From a virus: a DNA stretch of 64,000 nt. Positions 20,258 to 27,873 of the stretch are shown here, one piece after another. Location: IMG/VR virus record IMGVR_UViG_3300022932_000015, positions 30,210 to 94,209 of that record; one strand, 5' to 3'. Each line of letters starts with the position of its first letter. Position 1 is the first letter of the stretch. The notes below the pieces were generated by a model. The model was not told the DNA's origin, did not search any database, and saw only the letters and a list, made by a program, of their open reading frames with translations. The position numbers were made by a program, and so were the translations under genes.

Positions 20258-20646
20258 TGGAGCTGGACAGGTACGATCTGTCGTGTTCCATAATTCATTA
20301 TTAATTTTCTACAAGTTTAGCATATCTTTTTCTCCTAATGCAGGATATTTGATTCTTAATCAAAAAAGCAACACATTGGCTAGTTATAGTCTTCCTATGT
20401 GTGAAGTGGTTGACTTTCCAATATTAGGCTGCTAACTCTAATTCTGCAATTGGGGCAGATGTCAATTTAATGACTTTTGCTGAAGCGCTTTTTACAACTG
20501 CAAGAACATCAGCGATGCCTCCTACTTCGTTGGTTATTACAACATTGTCCGTTAGAACTTGAAACCATAGATTAAAGTGATAGATAACATCTCACTACTT
20601 GCTTATCAATAAATTATTACAGAGTCTATAGCCAACTCTCAGCCCC
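20258..20646 (-). ncRNA. ssrA: transfer-messenger RNA
   Basis: 5' GGGGCTG pairs with 3' CAGCTCC-A including the G3:U alanine wobble; T-arm GACAG-ATCGTAC-CTGTC; internal ORF ending ...AELELAA-TAA (stop 20424-20426); 389 nt. Confidence 0.9.
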
Positions 20647-20755
20647 AATTCTTTATACTTTACTTTAATCCCTTTTTACAATTAAGATACTAAGGATTGT
20701 TTAAAGAATTTATTTTTTACTATGTTAGTATAGTTAATATTATGTGTATTAAAAT

Positions 20756-20818
20756 ATAAGTAACTTGACTATTAGAATTGTAGTTGTTGTAATTCGAGTT
20801 GTTGAACACTAAACTACT
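20756..20818 (-). repeat. DGR template repeat TR2
   Basis: 63 nt, non-coding, AAC/AAT-rich; ungapped match to 20904-20966 with 15 mismatches, all at TR adenines. Confidence 0.95.
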
Positions 20819-20831
20819 AGAAGTTATAATA

Positions 20832-21281
20832 TTAACGTTGAATGATTTTGTATAAATGAGCATAATTCTTACCTACAAAATCAGAGGTTTTCTGATCTTT
20901 GAAATAAGCAACCTGACCAATAGAACAGTAGCTGCTGTAATCCGAGCTGAGGAACACCAAACCACCTTTTTTATCATTCTCATGATAAGGATACCATTTC
21001 TGTTGGTCATGATCAGTCCAATCTAAGATCCAATCTTCATTAAAGAATTTTTGTACTTGTTTTAATTGAGCAACTGCTACATGAAATTCTATCTCTTCTG
21101 GTGTGAATAAATTAGAAAAGTGCTCTGATTTTACTTCATATTCTTTCAAAGCTCTACATATACTTGGATAATCAGCTCCTATTTTGAATAAATCTGCGGG
21201 AGCATTTACTACCTTTTCTAGTTCCATTATTGTTGCTTTTAGCTCATTGATTTTTTCCTGAGCTTTCTTTTTATCTGTCAT
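20832..21281 (-). CDS. DGR target protein 2 (149 aa)
   Basis: Contains VR2; ATG overlaps the RT TGA; paralogue of target 1. Confidence 0.9.
   Translation of the reverse strand: MTDKKKAQEKINELKATIMELEKVVNAPADLFKIGADYPSICRALKEYEVKSEHFSNLFTPEEIEFHVAVAQLKQVQKFFNEDWILDWTDHDQQKWYPYHENDKKGGLVFLSSDYSSYCSIGQVAYFKDQKTSDFVGKNYAHLYKIIQR
20904..20966 (-). repeat. DGR variable repeat VR2
   Basis: Encodes GGLVFLSSDYSSYCSIGQVAY; TR2 in the same frame reads SSLVFNNSNYNNYNSNSQVTY. Confidence 0.95.
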
Positions 21282-22225
21282 AAGTATTTATTTTTTAAGT
21301 TTATACTATTACAATGAGATAACCATCCATTGTAGCTTGCTATTGATTTTTTATTATTATTTTTCCTGATCATTCTTATAAATCTTAGTTTTATACTCTT
21401 TCTCAGTAAAATATGTGTATGATAAGATTTATATCCAAGGAAATCTATTCCTCTAGATTTTACAGGAAATATTTGATAATTTGATTTTATTTTAAGTTTC
21501 AAATTTACATTTAGATATTGCTCTATCAAATGTAATATTCTGTGTAATTCTTGTTTATTGCTTCCCAATATAACTAAATCATCACAATATCTAAAATAGT
21601 ATTTTACTTTTAAAGTTTCTTTAATCCAATGATCAAAATAGCTTAAATAAAAATTAGCAAAATATTGAGATAGATAATTTCCAATAGGTTGTCCTTTACA
21701 ACTATCTATTATATTACTCAATAAACTCAGTAGATTTTTATCTTTAAATTTCTTGAGTAATAATTCTTTTAAAATATCGTTATCAATGTTTGGGTAGAAC
21801 TTTTTGATATCTAATTTTAAGCAGTATTGAGTCTCCTCTTTGTTTTTTAATGCTTTATTTAGAGAATTTAGACCTTTGTGTATACCTCTATTCTTTATAC
21901 AGTTATAAGTATCTTTAGTAAATGTTGATACAAATATAGGTTCTAAAATATTCATTATAGCATGATGTACTATTCTATCTGGGTAATAGGGTAACTTATA
22001 TATTTCCCTTTCTTTTGGATCAAAAATTGTGAATATTTTGTATTCTGACGTGTTATAGTTATTGTTTAATAGTATTTGATTTAAATTTAATATATTATTA
22101 TCATAGTTCTTGTCAAATTCTATTACGTCTTTATTTTTAGATTTACCAATTCTAGCCTTTTTATCGGCTAGTATTAAATTATCTATATCACAAATTTTAT
22201 TATATAAGTTACCTATTCGTTTCAT
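21278..22225 (-). CDS. DGR reverse transcriptase
   Basis: DRIVHHA, KLDIKKFYPNI, GQPIGNYLSQ (DGR-type SQ motif), YCDD, GIDFLGY; 315 aa with no maturase or endonuclease domain. Confidence 0.95.
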   Translation of the reverse strand: MKRIGNLYNKICDIDNLILADKKARIGKSKNKDVIEFDKNYDNNILNLNQILLNNNYNTSEYKIFTIFDPKEREIYKLPYYPDRIVHHAIMNILEPIFVSTFTKDTYNCIKNRGIHKGLNSLNKALKNKEETQYCLKLDIKKFYPNIDNDILKELLLKKFKDKNLLSLLSNIIDSCKGQPIGNYLSQYFANFYLSYFDHWIKETLKVKYYFRYCDDLVILGSNKQELHRILHLIEQYLNVNLKLKIKSNYQIFPVKSRGIDFLGYKSYHTHILLRKSIKLRFIRMIRKNNNKKSIASYNGWLSHCNSINLKNKYL

Positions 22226-22323
22226 CTTATACTTCTTAAGTCTCTTTCAATAGTTTACTAAAGACTCTTTAAGTTTGTTATCTTTTACCCAGTGGTATGG
22301 TTAATACTAATTAGTCTAAAATA

Positions 22324-22382
22324 TAATAAGTAGAGTAGTTAGAATTGACATTATAGTTGTTCACGTTATTCAGTACCTAACT
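22324..22382 (-). repeat. DGR template repeat TR1
   Basis: 59 nt, non-coding; ungapped match to 22472-22530 with 15 mismatches, all at TR adenines. Confidence 0.95.
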
Positions 22383-22395
22383 AAAACATTTAGTA

Positions 22396-22749
22396 TTAAC
22401 CTAAATATGAATTGTATAATTTTATAAGCTCATTTGCCATCACTCTTGCTGTATCTTCTTTCTTATAATAGTAAGAAGCAGAGAAGTGAGAAGTGACACA
22501 ATAGCTGTACACGCTACCCAGCACCCAACCATCTTCTTTAGAAAATCTAAAATATGGTAGATACTTATATTCATTACCATTGTTAAAGTCTGGTTCCCAT
22601 ATTTTGTCATCATTATCTAGATAGTTTTTTGCTTTGATTATCGTCTCTAAACTGTAAGATATCCAATCTTTCTTCCTTCTAAATTGATGTTCTACATATC
22701 TTTGATGACCAACTTTAAATAATATTTTCTCAGCTTCTTCTAAACTCAT
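22396..22749 (-). CDS. DGR target protein 1 (117 aa)
   Basis: Contains VR1; WEPDF...YKYLPYF motif paralogous to WILDW...QKWYPYH in target 2. Confidence 0.9.
   Translation of the reverse strand: MSLEEAEKILFKVGHQRYVEHQFRRKKDWISYSLETIIKAKNYLDNDDKIWEPDFNNGNEYKYLPYFRFSKEDGWVLGSVYSYCVTSHFSASYYYKKEDTARVMANELIKLYNSYLG
22472..22530 (-). repeat. DGR variable repeat VR1
   Basis: Encodes GWVLGSVYSYCVTSHFSAS; TR1 in the same frame reads S*VLNNVNNYNVNSNYSTY. Confidence 0.95.
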
Positions 22750-22754
22750 AATTA

Positions 22755-23150
22755 TTATTTTTCAGATTTTTCCTCTTTACTTAATTCTTTGATTTGTTTA
22801 TCTAAGAATGATGAGACTAACTCACTTGTTTGAGAAGGTATTTTACATATGCTTGTATCCTTTGATATCCAATCAATAGTCTTGCCCCCAGCTATAATTA
22901 ATATTGCTTCATTTTTAGATGGTGTGAGAGTTATGCCTATTATTGCAATACCAATTAGAATAAATGCCCATATTATTTTCCATCTGTTCTTTCTAGTGTA
23001 TATCTCATTATCATCTCCCTCTATATGATTTATAAACTTTATAAAGTAGAATAGTACCATCATTGCTATCCCTATAGTTAATATAGCATTGAACATTCCA
23101 TTTAAAGAATCTAGCCTTGTTAGCCAATATAATTTCCAATATATATTCAT
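22755..23150 (-). CDS. membrane protein
   Basis: Two hydrophobic segments; YWLTRLD and PSK motifs. Confidence 0.65.
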   Translation of the reverse strand: MNIYWKLYWLTRLDSLNGMFNAILTIGIAMMVLFYFIKFINHIEGDDNEIYTRKNRWKIIWAFILIGIAIIGITLTPSKNEAILIIAGGKTIDWISKDTSICKIPSQTSELVSSFLDKQIKELSKEEKSEK

Positions 23151-23174
23151 ATTTTTATGTTTTAGTTGTTTTTA

Positions 23175-23363
23175 TTAATTTTCATTGTACATTGATATAT
23201 ACTCTATTATTAAGGCTATCATTATCAGTGGTAATCCTAATACGCATATTGTTAACATTAACATCACGGAGTAAAATACATTAAAGTCTTCTAGTATATC
23301 GAAGACAAATAGTCCTAGTATAAAGAAATTTAATGCAAAGTAAATTGTTATCATTATTTCCAT
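23175..23363 (-). CDS. small membrane protein
   Basis: Almost entirely hydrophobic, 62 aa. Confidence 0.5.
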   Translation of the reverse strand: MEIMITIYFALNFFILGLFVFDILEDFNVFYSVMLMLTICVLGLPLIMIALIIEYISMYNEN

Positions 23364-23480
23364 ATTTCATTTTTAAATTGTTATTAATGGTTATTATAAT
23401 AAACCCCTCTAGGAAACTGGAATAACCTAAAGGGTTTATTATACTGAAAGTAAGCTTAGATAAGCTTTACTTCTTTGTTG

Positions 23481-23551
23481 ATGCTCTACTAGGACTCGAA
23501 CCTAGATTAATTCCCGAGAGGAATTCTCCTATCCAGTTAGAGGATAGAGCA
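23481..23551 (-). tRNA. atypical tRNA, tentatively Glu(CTC)
   Basis: Acceptor TGCTCTA/TAGAGCA, D-loop AACTGGAT, anticodon arm AATTC-CTCTCGG-GAATT, T-arm CTAGG-TTCGAGT-CCTAG; 71 nt, no encoded CCA. Confidence 0.7.
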
Positions 23552-23592
23552 CACATTACATGGCTATAATATTAATTAACTATCTAATTGAA

Positions 23593-24045
23593 TTATGCAT
23601 TCAATTTAGCTTTTGAAGCTAAAGAACTAGATACAACTGGTTCTGAGATGCTATCATGTTTGATAAATACATCTTCTACATCTGCATCTTCAGTGTATTC
23701 TGTTTTGAAGTAGATTTGAGCTCCACCTTTTAAACACATACCACCATCTGGTCCTGCTTGTTTAGGTTTCATACCTAACTCTTGAGTTAATGATTCAGTA
23801 GTTACAATTCTTCCAGGTAATTCTAATCCATCGTGGATCTCACCTAATTGAACTGCCTTCATTGCATCATCATAGTTTACTGTTTTTAAAGCAGATTTAA
23901 CTTTTCCTCCTGCTACTGCTGATCCAAATGAGAATTTTCTTTCTTCAATGCGGATGTAACCATACTGTTTACCATCTTTACCTAATTCTGGATTTTTTGT
24001 TACGATTACACCTGTTGTTGGGTTTGCTGTGATTCTTACTGACAT
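23593..24045 (-). CDS. hypothetical protein (beta-rich)
   Basis: ORF track; A-rich leader. Confidence 0.7.
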   Translation of the reverse strand: MSVRITANPTTGVIVTKNPELGKDGKQYGYIRIEERKFSFGSAVAGGKVKSALKTVNYDDAMKAVQLGEIHDGLELPGRIVTTESLTQELGMKPKQAGPDGGMCLKGGAQIYFKTEYTEDADVEDVFIKHDSISEPVVSSSLASKAKLNA

Positions 24046-24220
24046 GATTTCTTGTTTTTGATTGTTTATAAATTGTTTATTTGTTGTTTGATATAATTAT
24101 ACTCCTATATCAAGAGTAATAAAAATTAGCTAATATATCACGTAGATTGTTGGATGTGTTTAGATCTTATTATAAAGATGATTTGAACAATTGTAATATA
24201 TCTAGCTAATTTTTAAATGC

Positions 24221-24619
24221 TTATAGTAAATACTTTGTAAAAGTCTGGAGAGTATTATCATACTTTATTCCTCCTGCTATTACATTTCCTGGTTCGCTTA
24301 ATTTTATACCTGATATTATATACCATTTATCTATTGGCGCATTCGTATCAATATATATTGTTTTAGATCTGTTTTTATAGCTAACTGTTACTTCATATAC
24401 AGAATTATACTCTAATACTGCTATGAAATTGTTGTTAATCATCATATTAGATGAACTATTATTAGTTTTGTTTACTATTAATAATTCAAACTCTTCTGAG
24501 TCTATAAATTTATTATCCACTTTTATACTTAAGTCAAGTTTTATAGTTTGTCCTATACTATTGAAGGATAATGCTACTAATGTGATTATTAGCATTAATG
24601 AAGTCATCATTTTTTTCAT
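24221..24619 (-). CDS. exported protein with Sec signal peptide
   Basis: MKK + hydrophobic stretch + SIG-Q cleavage-like site. Confidence 0.6.
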   Translation of the reverse strand: MKKMMTSLMLIITLVALSFNSIGQTIKLDLSIKVDNKFIDSEEFELLIVNKTNNSSSNMMINNNFIAVLEYNSVYEVTVSYKNRSKTIYIDTNAPIDKWYIISGIKLSEPGNVIAGGIKYDNTLQTFTKYLL

Positions 24620-24848
24620 TGGTTATTGTTTGTTTATGAGTTGTTAATTGAAGATTGCTAGGTGAATGTACATGTTTTGTGCTAATGTATGCTGTATCCA
24701 TGACATTGAGTACCTTTCACTTGGTGTTCTGTCTAATGCGTTCATGGGTTTATTGTTTAATTGTTGTTTGAAAACCTATTATATACCCATAAACATTAAA
24801 GAATTTCATTTCTAATGATTTACAATGGAATATATAATAGGCACTATT

Positions 24849-25181
24849 TTAGTTTAGATATACTTTCCTAGAAGATTTTATTGTTCTATCTAGTGTATAT
24901 ACATTGTTGTTTTCATATTTCTTTAAAGCCGTAATTAGATTATGATTGAATCTTAATACATCTCTTCTTAGATGTTCTTCTTTGGCTTCATTCTCTAATC
25001 TTTTAGTTCTTGTAAATTCTACGTACTCTAATCTGTTTAGAGTTTGGCTAATTTCTTCACCTTTGTAGTTCTTTGCTTTTACTACTTCGTATTGCACATC
25101 TTTGTTTTTCTCTGATCCATGTACTGGAACTATTGATGTACCTAGAAATATTGTTGTTGCTATGAATTTATGTTTTCTCAT
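24849..25181 (-). CDS. hypothetical protein
   Basis: ORF track. Confidence 0.55.
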   Translation of the reverse strand: MRKHKFIATTIFLGTSIVPVHGSEKNKDVQYEVVKAKNYKGEEISQTLNRLEYVEFTRTKRLENEAKEEHLRRDVLRFNHNLITALKKYENNNVYTLDRTIKSSRKVYLN

Positions 25182-25364
25182 ATTATTTATATTAGTTATG
25201 TATTTGAAAAGTAGCTCTAACTACTTGTTGATTAGACTTTCGTTAGAGCTTGAAACTTTTATAAATCTTTAGTTTGGACTTACTGGTGCAAAGAATTATA
25301 GAACCACCTCACGTATAGTATTCTTGTCTAATTATCACATCAGATTCAAACCTAACTATCTTCT

Positions 25365-25475
25365 TTATAGTCCCATTGGAATATTTGATCCAACTACTAA
25401 TATGCTTGTCATTTCTCCTGTTTGAGGATGTTGTACAATTTCATTGTATTTTACTACATTGTTTAAGGCTTTCAT
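25365..25475 (-). CDS. small protein (36 aa)
   Basis: Own translation MKALNNVVKYNEIVQHPQTGEMTSILVVGSNIPMGL with A-rich leader. Confidence 0.4.
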   Translation of the reverse strand: MKALNNVVKYNEIVQHPQTGEMTSILVVGSNIPMGL

Positions 25476-25968
25476 AAGACATTGTTTTAGATTGTTTATA
25501 TTTGTTGAATTGTATTGTTTATCTCTGGTTTTTACACTGATACCTCATTTGGCCTGGTCGCTGTTTTTATTGATCGAGTATTAGTGTCATCAAATCTACT
25601 TAACCCCTTATATGTTTGAATATTTGCAGTAGTTGAAAGTTAAGTTGCTACCTTTGAAGTAGCGAGATATTGATTATTATTTAATAAGTGTGCTGAATAC
25701 TTGTTTTTACACTATTAACGACTTCTTATTAAATTTTTTTTAATGTTATTACCTGTCCGATTTCTAAGCGGAATAAAAAGATATAACCAATCACCTCCAT
25801 GTTAAGATTTAATACCGTCAAACGGAACACTTTGGAGCATTTTAAATTGAAATTATATCTATTATCTTTACACAGAACAACGACTACTTAGATTAGTCTA
25901 TAAGATACAAGATTTTATTCTTATACAATTTATATTTATTACTGTTCTGCTTCAAGCAGGTAAATGTG

Positions 25969-26274
25969 TTATATATTATCTCTTAGTATTAAGAGTTCAA
26001 TATCACAATATTTTGAGCATTCACCTACAAATCTTTTGTTATCATATATTTTAATAGTATCTATGTGAATATCTAATTGATAATCTCTTAGATGTACAAA
26101 ATCTTTATGATGACTGAAATTTACTCTGAATGTATCATCTTGTAATTTACAATTGAATACATCTGATGAATCAGAATATCTAAATTCTTCTGGAAGATCT
26201 AATATTGGTTGTTTTGGTTGTTGTTTACAACTAACTAGTATTGTAATTAGGAGTAATGTTAATATTGTTTTCAT
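25969..26274 (-). CDS. putative lipoprotein
   Basis: MKTILTLLLITILVS-C lipobox. Confidence 0.65.
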   Translation of the reverse strand: MKTILTLLLITILVSCKQQPKQPILDLPEEFRYSDSSDVFNCKLQDDTFRVNFSHHKDFVHLRDYQLDIHIDTIKIYDNKRFVGECSKYCDIELLILRDNI

Positions 26275-26662
26275 AGTTTTATAGTATTATTGATTAATAA
26301 TTCATTTATGATTTGATCAAGGACAGTATAATAGAGTTATTATAGTAGATATTATTGCTTTAATTGTTAGTAATATTCTTGTTTTTTTATCAAACGATTC
26401 ATAGAGCTCTATTAGTTTTATTCTATTTGGCCAATCTGTCATTATTGAAAATAGAAACATTATTGTTAATGTTATCATCTTATTTGATTTAGCTATATTA
26501 TTATTAGTGAATTGTAATATTGTGATTGTTGTTAAAGTGATGATTTGCTGGGTGTGAGTACAGTGCCAATCAATTGAACACTTAAATTACCAATCAAATC
26601 ACTCTAAACTAATTAATTAGACTAATAGTCTCCTACCAATTTAGTAGGAGCTATTAATAGTG

Positions 26663-26830
26663 TTAAGATAAATAGATTATAGCATCACCTTCAAGTTTAA
26701 TCCAAAGACTGTGTAATTCTTTTAATGGAAATAGAGTATATTTAGGGTCAGATGGTGTTTCATCATTAGTAAATCCTATTAAATAATGTCTATCTCCAGC
26801 TTCTGTGTGTAATAAGATTGCATATTTCAT
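26663..26830 (-). CDS. hypothetical protein (55 aa)
   Basis: Own translation MKYAILLHTEAGDRHYLIGF... Confidence 0.5.
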   Translation of the reverse strand: MKYAILLHTEAGDRHYLIGFTNDETPSDPKYTLFPLKELHSLWIKLEGDAIIYLS

Positions 26831-26934
26831 GGTAGTTTATGTTTAATAGTTAATAATAGGTTAGTTACAAAATCCCCAAGCCAGTATCACAAAAGTTACT
26901 CTGGTCATGGGGATTTTTTCTGCAATCGTTCACT

Positions 26935-27381
26935 TTACAGCTTTTTTAAGTGTATTAGTTTACCACTTTTAGTCTTTATTATAGTCTCATTATTACTTGC
27001 AGAGTAATTAAAAGACAGATATAGCTCTTTTCTATATACACTATCAATTATATCTAGTGATGTATTTACATACTCTAGTTTATATTTTAATGTATCTTTT
27101 ATTGAGCTATATGGATTGTGGTAAAATCCTTTGAATTTGTATTCAAATTTTGCGTCAGCCATTATTGTATCTGTTACTCCAGCTGGATTATATATAAATT
27201 GATATATCCCCTCAAGGCAAGCTCCATACTCTCCACATTTTGAGATTGGTTTCTCTATTTGTGGTGTATTTGGTTCTTCAATAGGCTTAATTTCTTTTTT
27301 CTTGCAGCTAATCATTGTACATAACATCATTAATATTATACAGCTTATGATTAGGTTTAGTATTAACAATAGTTTTTTCAT
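26935..27381 (-). CDS. putative lipoprotein
   Basis: Hydrophobic leader then IS-CKKKE. Confidence 0.65.
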   Translation of the reverse strand: MKKLLLILNLIISCIILMMLCTMISCKKKEIKPIEEPNTPQIEKPISKCGEYGACLEGIYQFIYNPAGVTDTIMADAKFEYKFKGFYHNPYSSIKDTLKYKLEYVNTSLDIIDSVYRKELYLSFNYSASNNETIIKTKSGKLIHLKKL

Positions 27382-27498
27382 GATTTCTAGTTTTTAAGAA
27401 GCTTATTATTCTATCATATGTGTATGGAAACAAATTGGCATATTAGTCTCTGGACTTCACATGAGTTGAATAATAAGCTATATTTTATTAAGAGTAGT

Positions 27499-27765
27499 CT
27501 AATATTGTGTATCTGCTAATTGGAGTGATTTTAGGGAAGATTGAATACCTGCAGTTTTGACTGCAAATAAAACTGTTTTTATTTCACTAATTAATTGATT
27601 ATCAGCAATTTTATTGTTTGATACATTATTTATCTCTCTTTTTGTCATTCCAAATAACTCTTTGTAGATATTATTTATCCTATGTTCTACAGGTTTTGTA
27701 TAAATAGGTAATTTAGTAGCTCTATCAATAATAGGCTTACCATTTTTAGATAATAATTGACTCAT
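27499..27765 (-). CDS. hypothetical protein
   Basis: ORF track. Confidence 0.55.
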   Translation of the reverse strand: MSQLLSKNGKPIIDRATKLPIYTKPVEHRINNIYKELFGMTKREINNVSNNKIADNQLISEIKTVLFAVKTAGIQSSLKSLQLADTQY

Positions 27766-27873
27766 GTTTTCCAGTTTTAGTTGATTAATAAGTAATTAGC
27801 TACTAACAATATACTACTATATGTAAAAGAGATATGATAGAGCGTAGTATGTTGAGAGTAGCTAATGTGTGAG

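Larger units (their letters stand above)
20647..22749 (-). mobile_element. diversity-generating retroelement with two target/TR cassettes around one RT
   Basis: DGR-type RT plus two TR/VR pairs whose mismatches are all at TR adenines. Confidence 0.95.

Noticed and set aside
20245-20298. N-terminal extension of the HNH ORF in the track
   Set aside because: Overlaps the tmRNA T-arm and acceptor stem; ATG 20244 is the better start.
21278-22225. RT as a group II intron, retron or Abi RT
   Set aside because: No maturase/endonuclease domain or retron VTG motif; it has the DGR SQ motif and two adenine-specific TR/VR pairs.
22755-23150. Candidate avd by position and size
   Set aside because: Clear transmembrane segments, unlike the soluble four-helix Avd.
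1692-24647. Plus-strand ORFs in the left arm (1692, 7434, 11414, 13917, 14448, 24423 and others)
   Set aside because: Antisense shadows of well-supported minus-strand genes, with no motifs.
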